Shown piece by piece: positions 12,419 to 24,372 of a stretch of DNA of 64,000 bases. The stretch lies in the NCBI GenBank assembly GCA_004022145.1, contig RCNU01000003.1. The stretch is one strand, 5' to 3'. Source of the DNA: Paecilomyces variotii. Its lineage: Eukaryota. Within the stretch, counting starts at the first letter, position 1, and each line of letters starts with the position of its first letter. The position numbers and the translations under genes are program-made. The notes under the pieces are model-generated. The model searched no databases. It saw only the letters and a program-made list of their open reading frames with translations, and was not told where the DNA came from.

Positions 12419-13596
12419 ATGTCTTCGGCCTCTCCTCCAAAGGAACCTGAAGTGGAACCTGAAGCGCAATCAGGCGACGACCCGGAACACATGGAAAGGG
12501 ATAATCAAGATACACAAGGACAAGGCCAGGGCGAGTTCGAAGTGAAGGAGCAGGATCGATGGCTCCCAATTGCAAATGGTAAGTTTACGTGTCCTTGCAG
12601 GTCCTCTGTCCTCCTGATTTGTGCGTACCTTGCCTCTGCTGCTTGCAGGCGACCGTTCGCCTTCGCGATACCCTGCCGGGGTTCCAAACCCCGCGATGTC
12701 CCAACTGGAAGGATTGGATTTAAGCATATTTGAACAAATGCTCTTCATTCGTCTTCTGTACCAGCCGTGATCTGCATCGCATCGCAAGCTGCTTGGTTGG
12801 ATGTATTGGCGCTGCCTTCCGCATCTAGCATCTTTGGATGATTCCCCGTCATTGTCATGCATAATCCTTTTTTTACATCATAAACGATGGGCCGTGGAGA
12901 TCAGCTTCAGATACTAACTGACCACTTTACAGTGGCTCGCATCATGAAGACCGCCCTGCCAGAAAATGCTAAGATTGCGAAGGAAGCAAAGGAGTGCATG
13001 CAAGAATGTGTGAGCGAGTTCATTTCGTTTATTACCAGTGAAGGTCAGCTCTTCCTTACTTCTTCTTTTTAATATAAACTAGTCCTACTGACGCTGGACA
13101 GCTTCCGAGAAATGTCAGCAAGAAAAGCGCAAGACGGTCAATGGCGAGGACATCCTCTTTGCCATGACGTCTCTGGGGTTTGAAAACTACGCTGAAGCTC
13201 TCAAAATCTATCTGTCCAAATACCGTGAGGTAAGTCCACAACGAACCGCCTATGGCCGGCCAGGGGCGCCCTTCGATTTAGGATATTCTTTTTCCAAACA
13301 TGGGATATTGGAACTGATTATCTTTCTAGACCCAGTCTGCGCGCGGTGAGAACCAGAACAGACCCACGAGCAGTGGTTATACGGGTGGTCCGGTTGGCGG
13401 TTCTGTCAGTGGCCCTCAGGTCGGTCGTGCGAATACCGCAACCGCAGACCCGGGTGCCACAGGCTTCCCTGGTGCTGCGGAGAACTCCAACAGCATCCTC
13501 AGCCCGAATCTGGACCCGTCCCAGGACGCATCGGCCTATGGTTACACGTCCATGGTAGGCCAAGGCCACAACGGCACCGGCGGTGAGTCCTACTAG
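12419..13596 (+). CDS. hapC: CCAAT-binding complex subunit HapC (Hap3/NF-YB), 4 exons
   Basis: Histone-fold signature [90 protein letters not shown]. Last exon ends GGESY* (TAG 13594-13596). Confidence 0.96.
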
Positions 13597-14825
13597 AGGA
13601 CCACCACATCTGGACTCGGGAATATGCTCTGTCGGACGCTGATATCGAATGAATCCTCTCCGCTGCATGTGCAATTGCGAACCGAAAGAAGTTTCCAGCG
13701 GGTGTATACGCACCCTGCGGGAAAACGACACTGGCCAGACGCAAACTTCGTGTCTAGCCAATTTGCGGCTTGAGAAGCGGACTACCATAACCTGACGGAT
13801 GAGTCGCAGTGTCTCGAGCGACTGTACTGTGAGCTGGGAGGAAATTTGGAGTGGATCTCCTGTATTCACATCTCATGAAGGAAATTTCTTTTTCTGGTGG
13901 CGCACTTGTACGCTCGAACAAAAAGGAACCCTCCCTCTTTGTACACTCATTATTCCCCTTTCCCTTGATTTCTTTTCAGATGCGAAAGACAGGTATTCTA
14001 CATGAGACCAAGGGTAGCCAGAACCTGTCTCTCTGTCTCTCTAGCTATATAACTTAGCCGCCTGTCTGTGTAATGTTGGGAGGTCGATTCACCGGATGAA
14101 TGTTATCGGAAGCTCAAGGAGCAAGGATGGCGGCCGGGGCCCAGGCGCTCAAGGTGGGAAAATCATGGATCGGACATGGGATGGCACATATACCTTTTGA
14201 TCTTTTTTTTTGTCTTGGTCCCCCTCCCCCTTTTGTTTCCATTTAATCATTTGTTGTGATTGTATTCAAGAATGCATTTATGAATTGTCCATCTGCTATA
14301 CATGTATCTCTAGCAAATGCATCCACCTATCTGAGCCAAAAAAGTGCATTCTCATGGTATTGAGAGTGTTTGATATCCGGTAACGTAGTGAAGGAAATCC
14401 TTCTCACTGTGGAGGTTGCGGAGTCCAACCTGGAGTTATGAAAAGGTATACAAATCCTTTCTACAGCACATTTTGGGATGTAGATGCACATATTATTGAC
14501 TGGAATAGACAGATCTTCAAATACTCTGCTTAGTTATTCCATCTGCCATTTTATTCCACCCCGGATCGCTAAGTTGAAACATCGCTAAGATCGAGACCGT
14601 TTGTTTCGCCTTTCTCCGCATCCCACGTGATCTGCTTATCTCTCCCCGCTAAAGAGAACAAGAACCGTTTGACCCACAGATGGTCTGATCCCATCTTCAC
14701 GGCTGTTCGTCGCGTGTAAAGTCCAGCCTCGGTTTGTACGGCAGGCCCATTGAGAATGCTACGATCATGACCGCACCTGTAGCACTGCGGCATGTAGTTC
14801 GACCAATGTGTTTCTCGACGTCGAC

Positions 14826-17302
14826 ATGTCTTCCGCAGCGAGCAACACTCAGATCCCCGCAGGCGGCGGTGGAGTGACGAAGCGGAAGTCGGGTATGATT
14901 CATCTATCATCCTTGGATGATATTTGTGCTGTTGGCCACTTTATATCGAAGGAGAGATTGCGTTGATGTGGTCATGAGTTCTGACTGTATTTGTGTTTAC
15001 CAGGGTCCGCTGCTTGCGTTCATTGCCATCTCAGAAAAGTCCGCTGCGACGCCCGTATCGTTGGGCTACCATGCTCCAATTGCCGGTCTTCTGGTAAGAC
15101 AGACTGTCGCATACACGAAAAGAAAAAGCGGCCAGTTGTCCGGTCGATTCTTGATCCAGTCCCGATACGTTGCCGGCCGCCGTCTGTGCCTGACACTTCC
15201 TCAAAACTGCTTTCGCCAGTGTCTCCGATACGGGCGGCATCAACAGTAGCTTCCAGTCCGCGGAGTAATATCCCTCCTCAGTCAGCTTATACAGGTAATG
15301 CTCAGGGACCACAAAATGGGTCCAGCATGAACCAAAGGCCGGGCTCTTACGACCAGCAACCATCATCTGAGTCGTCAACCGACCATGAAGACCATCGGGG
15401 GCTGGAGAAGCGCTTAGTGAAGCTGATTGACGAGGATGAGTTGGATCAGAGAGAGATCCAGAGAGGTGTACGTGCGATATATGTCGGACATGATGTTTCC
15501 AATATATCGTTCCTCATTCGTCAACAACGAGGGAAAGATGGTGACGTGTATCACTTTGCGGGAAACGATATCCCTAAGCGCCATCTGAGAACAGGCCACG
15601 ATGAGCTTCTCAAGGATGCCGTTTCATTACCTGAGAAGGCGCTGGCAGACGAATTGGTACAAGCATATTTCGCTCATGTGAACCCTGGATATCCCATTGT
15701 CGACGAGGATGTATTTATGACACAGTATCGGAATCACGATCCATCGGATCCCCCACCAATATTGGTCCTCCAAGCCATCTTGCTTGTGGGAGCTCATGTA
15801 TCTCGCCCTATGCCAGAGAGAGACGCATTGAAAGAGACCTTCTTCCGACGGTGCAAGTGGTTATTTGACGCGAGAGTCGAGCGGAACAGAGATATTCTGG
15901 TTCAAGTGGCTTTGCTCCTGACATGGCACTCTGATTCTACCGATGATGATGTTTCCGCTAATGCTTACTATTGGGTCGGGGTGGCAGCAAGGCTTGCTAC
16001 GGGTATAGGAATGCATCGTAACCCTGTTTCGAGCAGATTTACTGCTGGAGACCGGAGAATGTGGAGGAGAGTATGGTGGATTCTGGTGCAATTCGACGTT
16101 ATGGTCTCATTGTCATACGGGCGACCACAGGCCATGTGAGTTGTCTGGGATCCTATTATGACTCTCTCGTCAAATACTAACGAGGATTCAGAAATCTAGA
16201 CGACTCCGATGTTCTCCCTCTGACCCCGTCAGACTTTGAAGGCTGCGGCGCCCAGGTGCAGGTTGACTTTGTTATCCACTTCACAGAGCTGTGTACGATG
16301 ATATCGTACATTCTCAAAGAGAGATTTGGCTTGAAAATAAGCCCCGAGCGTCGAAAAGCCGCTCTTCCGCAGGCTGACGCCGCTCTAGCAGACTGGTCTC
16401 TTCAACTACCAGATACTCTACGGTTACGAGCTTCTGATTTGGACCCATGGTCGGCCGTGCTTCATCTGACGTACAATAACTTTCTCATCCTTTTACATAG
16501 GCCGCATCCGAGGGCATCTGCCTACTCAGATGACTACGGTCCCCACGATGCTGAGATCTGCAGTACTGGTGCTGGAGTCATTGCTTCAATTTTTGAGGAA
16601 CTTCGTCAAAAGGATCGCCTGAAGTATCTCTGGAGCTCATCGGTTTACACCCTTCTCACAGCTATGATACAAGTCAGGGTTGAGCTGCGGTTCTCGAACC
16701 CTGTGTTGGCCATAAATGCTCTGAGACGATTTGATTCGACCCTGTATTCTCTCCGTGAATTGGCAGAGTATTGGGCACATGCAGGAATGGTTTTCCGACT
16801 GTTTGAGGGCTCGAAACGACTGCAACAGGACTTGCGACTGGCCAAGACTGAAATGCCCGGACAGTTCAATGGTTCTCGCGGGCACAGTGGGAATTCGGAT
16901 TCTACATCCAACACCGCAACACCAATGGTCCAACGCTCTCAAGTGCCCCCACAATCAGCACCGCAACTACAAAGATCCCACTCACATCTCCAGCAATCTT
17001 CTCCGTCTGCAGTGAATCTACAGAACCAGAATTATGACCCTTTCATCGTTACGCAGCCCCGGTTTGCCGATACCTCTTTCGAGGGGTCGGAGGGTATTCC
17101 GCCTCCGGAGCCGGTGGAACACTTAGAAGAAACAAGGGGGTATTCAGACTGGCGACAACTCTTCCCGTTCGTTGACACCGCCCAATCCGTGCCTATGGCG
17201 TTTGAAAGCCTTCCAGAAATGGAAGACGAATGGCGTCAGCTTTACTGGCAGGAGCCTCAGATGTCAGACTTGTTCCAGGACGGGGGCTGGATGCATGGCT
17301 GA
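14826..17302 (+). CDS. amdR: Zn(II)2Cys6 transcription factor, acetamidase/omega-amino acid regulator AmdR-like
   Basis: MSSAASN...KRKS, intron 14893-15003, then GSAACVHCHLRKVRCDARIVGLPCSNCRSSGKTDC, matching the AmdR DNA-binding domain as recalled. Fungal TF middle domain (RRMWRRVWW...YGRP), second intron ~16136-16191, acidic C-terminus. Confidence 0.85.
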
Positions 17303-17742
17303 ACAACTTTGATGCTTCTCGCGCAAATATTTTGCAGCGCGCTATTTTCACCTCCTCAATGGCCTAAACATTGGGAGCAACAGGAAAGAGATTAACATAC
17401 TCCTTACTACTATTTTTATATCGCCTATATACATTATTGTTCTGGGAGGCGGTTTTACTTTCGCAGTTTGAATTTAAGATACCATCAGGCGCATGTACTA
17501 CCCCGGATGTGCCATTTTCGATGTATCTTGTCTCTGCGTTTCGTTTGTCGTCCGAGATCGAGAGCGGTCTCGTTCATGGAAGGGAGTCCAATCGGTGTAA
17601 CTTTTGTTTTTTGTCATTAATGACAAAATGCAACTGAATGAACATAGTTCGGAAATGGCCACTCGTGGTCATTCACTAGTTCGATACATTGCCGTAATTA
17701 TCAAGAACGCCTTGCACTTGTCCTAATGTCTGAAATGCGGCC

Positions 17743-20230
17743 TCATCCCGAGTTGTGTCGATCATAAGACCCGCGCGTAGCCTGATACTGCTCTCTAACG
17801 GCGCGTTTCATAACATGAACAGGAGCCGGTCGACCAGTCAGGATCTCAAACTGAGCAATTCCCTGCTCGACAAGGACATCTAATCCATCAACAACGATCC
17901 ATCCGCGTGATGACCTTTGTATCATTTGTTTCATGAGGGGGGTAACTAGAGGTTCATATGCAAGCTATATTGAAGAAGAGTTAGTTTGAGTAGAGGATGA
18001 GAATGAATGCTGTCGGTGTGTTATTCCGTACCTCGATAAAGACGCCACCGGTTTTGCTCCCCAGCCATTGCTCGGGGATATCGAATGCTGGAGGTTCCTG
18101 CCCTCCAATCTCGTGCGCGGGTCTGCAAGACATGATAATAGTTGGTTGAGACATGTTTGAGGGCCAGGGAGCGTTCAATGACTCTAGCACAACTATATGC
18201 AGTGGAGTACTTGCGCGAGAGGTGGCCCATTGGCGGAAACGCTCCGCAAGATGTCGTGCGTTACTTGAAGTTCGATTGAAAATGCATATTTTTCTGACAC
18301 CAGCCTGGTAACAGGCATATATTGCGGCTCGTGCTATTCCCCCAGCTCCGAGAATCAGTACACTGGTTTCACTAGTGATAACATTCGCCGGCGACAGATT
18401 CCTCTCCATGCAGATCCGTACTCCCATGTGGTCCGTATTATATCCTTTCAAGAACGTTTTCAGTGTCCCGTCTCGGTCGTGTTGTCGGTCCACCACGACT
18501 GTGTTGACAGCACCAATATCCCGCACATCAGGTGTCATCTCATCGAGAATGGATAAGAACTGCACTTTGTAAGGCAGTGCAATAGCAAGACCGCCTATCT
18601 CGTCATTTTGCAGAAGACGGTTAATGTCCTGAAATTGGTTGCTTTCGGCGGTATAACACGAGTGTGGCATCCCGCAAGCACGGTATGCCGCATTGTGCAT
18701 AGTTGGTGACAAGCTGTATGAGAGACTCTGGCCAAATATTGCGAATCTCTTTTTTCGTAGGGTGAAGCTAGAGTATAGAGCATGCTGTGCTTGTTTCAAG
18801 GTGACTCCATCTCGTTCCATTGAGGACAAGACAACCGGCGATAAGGTAGGACTGAAACAAACGGATGTAATGCCAATTAGTCCAACGTTGTAGCCCATCA
18901 CCGGGATCTCACATGGCTGGATAATCCGCATCATGAAATTGATACAGTCAAGGTTTTCCAGAGGCGAGGTCGGAATTCGCGTTATCCTGACGGCATCGCA
19001 GCCTAGGGAATTTGCTTTATCGTATATTATCTGCCATCGCAAAGAATCCTTTTCGGTAGGCCACCGATCAGATAATTGTGTGGTCCCAATGATTTTGGTA
19101 TGGCACTTAGCCACAGAGAGGACATCAACCAAAGTATAGTCGGTGTCCAGGGAGACAGTTATCATGTCTGGGAGTTGGCGGAGTGCAAGCTGCAAGATAT
19201 CCGCGTGGCGTGCCTGCTCCAGTCCATTTTGGACATGGATATCTAAGATAATTGGAACTCTGGTGTGTCGTCTCAGAACAGCAATCTGTCTCGATAGAGA
19301 TGATAAACATTTTTGTTCTGCGAAACTGGGATCAAAGATTAGATTGATTGAATCGGCACCAGAATCCAACTCCGTAAGATCGACGTCTGATCTGTCTAAC
19401 CAGGCTGCCGGAACTTGTAGGGCATATGTATAACTGCGGGATAGGGCATTCGCAGAGCGTACGAGACATGGTCGTTGATTAAACACACCACGAATAAAAC
19501 GGACAAAGTCTTGTTCGGTCTGTTTTAATTTCAGAGGTCCTATCGCGTTCGGAGTGAATTGCTGCGTCATGTTGAAATAATCGAAATTAGAATATTGTCC
19601 GCATAGCCTATTGCTTATCTCGTATGCATGCTCGGCCTTCCCTCTGTCATGACCTAATGAATCCAAGAGGTCCCCCTTGTCACGCATGACATGAATAACG
19701 GGGTTCGTTTTGGATAGTTCATGCAACAATTGGCATTGTCTGCGATCGGCCATCATAAAAAAGCCTGCGAGGACGCAGCCTTCCTTTTTAGTTCTCAAAA
19801 CTTCGACTGTTATCTCATACTCCACAATGCGATATGCTTTCGGTCCATGAGAAGCAATGTAAGCTCCACGGGAGAGTTTCGTCTTTCGTTCAAAAATCGC
19901 ATCAAAATCCACAAACTCTCGGCGCAGTGCTACCGATGCAATAAATCCGAGAGTTCTTTTTCCAGCTCCCCAAAACCCAACCAGAACGAGGCTTTCGTCT
20001 CCCTTATATTGGTGACGAAGAGGCCGTGGCTGATGATTGCATAGTTGATGGCCGTCCACATCAGACTTCAGATTTGATATAACATAATTGTCGTCAGTTC
20101 CCGTTATGTCACCTGTCACTCTTAGCTTATTGCTAGGGTATTTCGCTTGGGGCTCTCCAGCTTCAGACGCTTCAGTTGTACCCCAGAAGGCGCGTTTCCG
20201 AGAGCCAGGGAGCCCAGTATGATGTTCCAT
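17743..20230 (-). CDS. qutR: Quinate pathway repressor (QutR/Qa-1S family; shikimate kinase-like + type I DHQase-like + shikimate dehydrogenase-like domains)
   Basis: P-loop-like GFWGAGKRT, then SLSPTMHN, GAVNT, GYNTD, GAGGIARA and DGLDVLVEQGIAQFEILTGRPAP. The layout matches the three C-terminal AROM domains. Intron 17965-18031. Divergent from a Zn-cluster activator gene. Confidence 0.85.
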
Positions 20231-20357
20231 GCCCGACTATGTCCCCTCCAATTTCTTCTCCATGTCAACTGAGCGAGAGATTTGAGAATTCGAGACAGAA
20301 ATGCCGAACCGTACATCTGAGGAAGATGGATGTAGATATAGCCGGTCACGGGGTCTC

Positions 20358-20411
20358 CTCCGCATTTTCCCCCGCATTTTCCCCAGAATCAATCGGATAG
20401 TTATTCCCCGC
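20358..20411 (-). promoter_or_regulatory. Four CreA/Mig1-type SYGGRG sites in the qutR/qutA bidirectional promoter
   Basis: Minus-strand GCGGAG (20358-63), GCGGGG (20370-75), CTGGGG (20381-86) and GCGGGG (20406-11). Two are preceded by AAAAT within a 12-bp tandem repeat, (CCGCATTTTCCC)x2. Confidence 0.55.
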
Positions 20412-20502
20412 GTTAGTAATCCTCGGCTGTAGATATGTCTGCAGATAGAGTAGAAAGCGTAATATTGAAATTGAAACACCTGAAGCATGTTGAAAACAGT
20501 CA

Positions 20503-22619
20503 ATGTCGGAATCAGAATCAGCCTCAAAGCGCCAGCGGATCGGCCAGGCCTGTGACCATTGTCGGAAACGGAAATCAAAATGTGACGGAAAACAACCCAC
20601 CTGCTCGGTCTGCAGCCTCTTCAAACGGAATTGTGCCTACCGCAATGCGAAGAAACGGGGATTACCATCAGGATATGTCAGAGGCCTCGAGGCTTTATTA
20701 GGACTGTGCAAGCAACATATACCGAACTGCGAATATGTCATTCAGGCCTTGATTCGAAGCAGTCATGGCGGTGCCAAATTCCATGATGCGGAATTCTTGG
20801 ATTACGCAGCAGATATATGGCGCAAGTCACAAACTGCACGAGAGCTGGAGCATATATTATCTATAAGAAATGATGAAACCACACAGCCAACCACTGTTGA
20901 GACAGCTGACCTTCCTCCTTTCGAAATGTTCCCTCGACCTGCAGATCAACCACGTACCCCTGATGCTCTTCAACAGAACAATGAGACCACTAGTGCTCAG
21001 TCTCATGGTTTTGAAAAGTATAAGGAGTTAGAAACACTGTCCCCAGTGATATTTCCGGAGAACACCCCAGACCTGGTGGATTTCTACTTTCGAACAACTC
21101 ATTGCTGGTTCCCGATTGTGGAACGGCGCGATATACTCCGCATTATGTGTGAGGACAACACGACAAATAATCTTAGCATCGAAGATGAAGGGCACAGACT
21201 GTGTTTATGGGCCATTGTTGCTTATTCCACGGCCTTCAGAGAAGTGATTTCTGACTACTCCGGCAGTACCAACCCGGAACATATTCAAATTTATGTTCGA
21301 TTTCGCCTGGCTTTACATCACGAAGCATATGGGGTTGGACATGTCCAGGCTATCCTCATAATTATTCTTTTATATCTTATCAGAGGCCACTTAAGTGCTG
21401 CATGGATGCTCATGGCTCAAGCGTCTGGGATTTTAAGGGCCGTCGAAGATGCAGATGCACAGAAGTCCGAAAGACATCGACATGTTTGGCATGGTTGCGC
21501 TTACATCGACAAGCTGCTGTCTATAGTTCTCAGAAAAGATGCGTTTCTTTCGCATGTCAGCAATATTCACCTTCAAGAACTGGACCAGAACGGAGTAGAT
21601 GAATGGGAATTGTGGGCACCGCCGGTGGCTGAGAAAGAAAATGGAGTTCAACGACATGAAAGGAAACCATTAAGAGTTCTCAGTACCTTCAATTTGTTGA
21701 CACAGCTCATGGGAAAGTTGCCCTCCATATATGAGGGTGCGCTTGAAGCGGACCACCTCGAGGAAAGGATCAAGGATCTTCAGATCTGGTACAGCACTCT
21801 CGGCAAACACCATCAGTTGCGTGAGAACAGCAACCCTCCGCTATTGACTCTCCATCTAAGCTATAACTTTGTTCTTCTGTCTTTCTTCAGGGAGAACTGT
21901 GAGATTAGACACCATTTGGTACCCCTGATGGAAGAGACACTGCATTCTACATATACCATGCTAGTCCAATACCTCAATCTCACAGAGATTTCTGGGGCCT
22001 CGGGCTTACTGATTTGCTTTGGTTTCCAGGCCCAAAGCTGTCTTCAAACCTGCGGCCATCTACTTCCAACTCAGGTCCACAGTCTACTGAGGCACAGATA
22101 TACCTTGATTCTCGAAAGCTTGAACAGACATTACGATGGCAATCGAAACGAGTTTGTGCAACCTGGCACTTCGCAAGGCTACTATGCATCATCCACCGAA
22201 CAGAATCCCGAGGTGAGGTCAGGGATAACGACCAGCGCTATAAATCATCCCAGGACCACAGGAAATTCCATCGTCTCACCAGGTAGTGCCGCAGCCAGCG
22301 TTCCGGGAAGTGATGATCATGTAAGAAACCCTCTTCATGTCCTTGCGAACTATTATTCTCACCTTCTGTCAAAAGGGATCGTCAGGAACTACAACTCTCG
22401 AGTCTACAAATGACTTCTATTTGGATAGTCTCTATGATGATATGCTGTCGATTTTCCCGACTGGAAGGTAGGAAAATGTCTGCCTTCTTGCAATTCTTTG
22501 GCTGATCACTGGGCAGATACGATGATGAAGCAGACCAATTTGCACAGAATCTTGGATTTCTCACCAACGACATCGACACTAATCCTTTCACCTTTCCGTT
22601 TACCCAACAAAAGCTATGA
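20503..22619 (+). CDS. qutA: Quinate utilisation activator (QutA/Qa-1F family Zn(II)2Cys6 transcription factor)
   Basis: ACDHCRKRKSKCDGKQPTCSVC...C..KKRGLPSGYVRGLE, YFRTTHCWFPIVER and DEWELW. Introns ~22321-22375 and ~22468-22516 restore an acidic tail ending FAQNLGF..., typical of the QutA family. Confidence 0.85.
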
Positions 22620-22670
22620 TACCCGCATTAGACCTTTATAACTGCTAAAAATCCTACAATGTGACAAAAG

Positions 22671-23693
22671 TCAAAGCATTCCTCTTTTGGCCAGTCCCAG
22701 TTCCGTTTGAAGCTTATTCCAAGCGTTGATTCCTCTTTGTGCATGTTCAGAAGGCACAGTAGCCTGAGGATCCCACATCGTGCGCGAGAAGAGTTCCATT
22801 GATACCCAACCTCGATATCCGAGATCCTTCAATATCACTCGAGCCACGTGTATAACTGGGAGATAGCCACCTCTGTCCTGTTCATAGGGAAATAGCCGTG
22901 CATTCCGGCTCCAGGACATTCTGGAAGGTTGCCCTTTGACATAAAATGGGTGACCCTCGAGTAAAGGAGACCGCATTCTTTCCCCGTCGACTAGCTGCAT
23001 CAGGAAAACCTTCTTTATGTCCATGGTTCTCCTCAGTCTCTCTAATGAGATTCTCAAGTCCTCATCTGCATTTGGAGTTTTTCCCGTTGGACTAGCTGGA
23101 TCCGCCCAGACTCTCCCGACGATGTTGAAAGTATCCAGACAAGCACCGAAATTTGGGCGATCGACCCGTTGGACAACCTCCCACGCACGTTCCCATGTGT
23201 CAATGTATGTCCCCCAGGCCAAGCCCTCATACACAAATCGAATTGGAGGGTTTTCTCGTAAACCAAGTTCAGCGACTTCGGTCATATCTTGTACAATCAA
23301 ATTCATATCACCAGAAACGTTTTCAGTCGCGAAGTTCGATGGAATTAGGATGAGGTCGGTTCCCAATAGTTTTGCGAGCTGCAGCCATATCTTCAGAGTC
23401 TCAATTTTCTCCTTGTGCTCTTCTCGGTTTGTTAGACCCTCATAAAACATGAATGGCTGCAAACTGATGATTTTAAGGTTGTTCGCGTCGCATAATCGCC
23501 TTGTTTCTTGGGCTGCCTCATAGAGGCTGCCAAGGGTTATAGCGCCATGGGCGCTGGCGACATATTCTAAGTCTTCGTAAAAGATTTCAACGCCTTTGAA
23601 ACCAGCTCTAGCTGCTTGTGAGAGCTTTTCAGGAAGTTCATGGACGGCCGCGCGGCCTAAGGACATGGAGGATATCGCAGGTATGCACTCCAT
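22671..23693 (-). CDS. qutC: 3-dehydroshikimate dehydratase (QutC/Qa-4)
   Basis: AISSMSLGRA, GVEIFYEDL, LQPFMFYEG, YEGLAWGT, CLDTFNI, RMSWSRNARLFP and GWVSMELF; intronless, 340 aa. Confidence 0.93.
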   Translation of the reverse strand: MECIPAISSMSLGRAAVHELPEKLSQAARAGFKGVEIFYEDLEYVASAHGAITLGSLYEAAQETRRLCDANNLKIISLQPFMFYEGLTNREEHKEKIETLKIWLQLAKLLGTDLILIPSNFATENVSGDMNLIVQDMTEVAELGLRENPPIRFVYEGLAWGTYIDTWERAWEVVQRVDRPNFGACLDTFNIVGRVWADPASPTGKTPNADEDLRISLERLRRTMDIKKVFLMQLVDGERMRSPLLEGHPFYVKGQPSRMSWSRNARLFPYEQDRGGYLPVIHVARVILKDLGYRGWVSMELFSRTMWDPQATVPSEHAQRGINAWNKLQTELGLAKRGML

Positions 23694-24372
23694 ATCAGAT
23701 ATGCTTATCTGTAAATTTGAGGGTCAAATATAGGCAGTGCGCGAATAATAGAACACGAAATCCAATATACTCTTAAATCAATTGCCGGGATAATGTGGAA
23801 TTATTACCTATATTATCACTTTTCTACTACTGTCTCGTTTCACTTGTCACCGCCTAAGGATCCCCCTTAGTCGGTATCGGTGGTATTTTTAACCGTTATC
23901 TACGTATACGCTCCACATAGTGTACTTATGGTTGAAATAGCCAACCCCATAGTGGCTATATTACCACTTATTATCTGCTCTGTATACCTTTGCTGCGCGG
24001 TCAGTAGAAATCTTACTGATTCCTATCTCTGAGCACTACTAGTGCTCCACGTGATAGGCTGATACAATAGCCGTGGTACCGAACATTGACCTTCGGGTTA
24101 CAACTTTTTTTGCGTCCAGGACGCCCTTTTCGCATTTTTAATACTATCCTCGGATGGCCCTAAGCCGCGGGTGAATGGACCAAGATCGTAATCAATCCTA
24201 TGAGTCCGATATTGGACCCACAGACCATGAAGGAATGTGTCTAGTTCTTCCTCGTTGAACTTGGCTTAAAGAAGCATAATAATTGAAACATCGCGGCTAA
24301 ATACCTACTACATACTATGACTTCGTACTTCCACTAAGGGAGGTATTCTAATTGTTTTTTCCCCATACATCA

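Noticed and set aside
17303..17742. Possible mobile-element boundary at the left edge of the qut cluster (also checked 28815-29189)
   Set aside because: No terminal inverted repeats, target-site duplication, transposase or tyrosine-recombinase remnant could be seen by eye.
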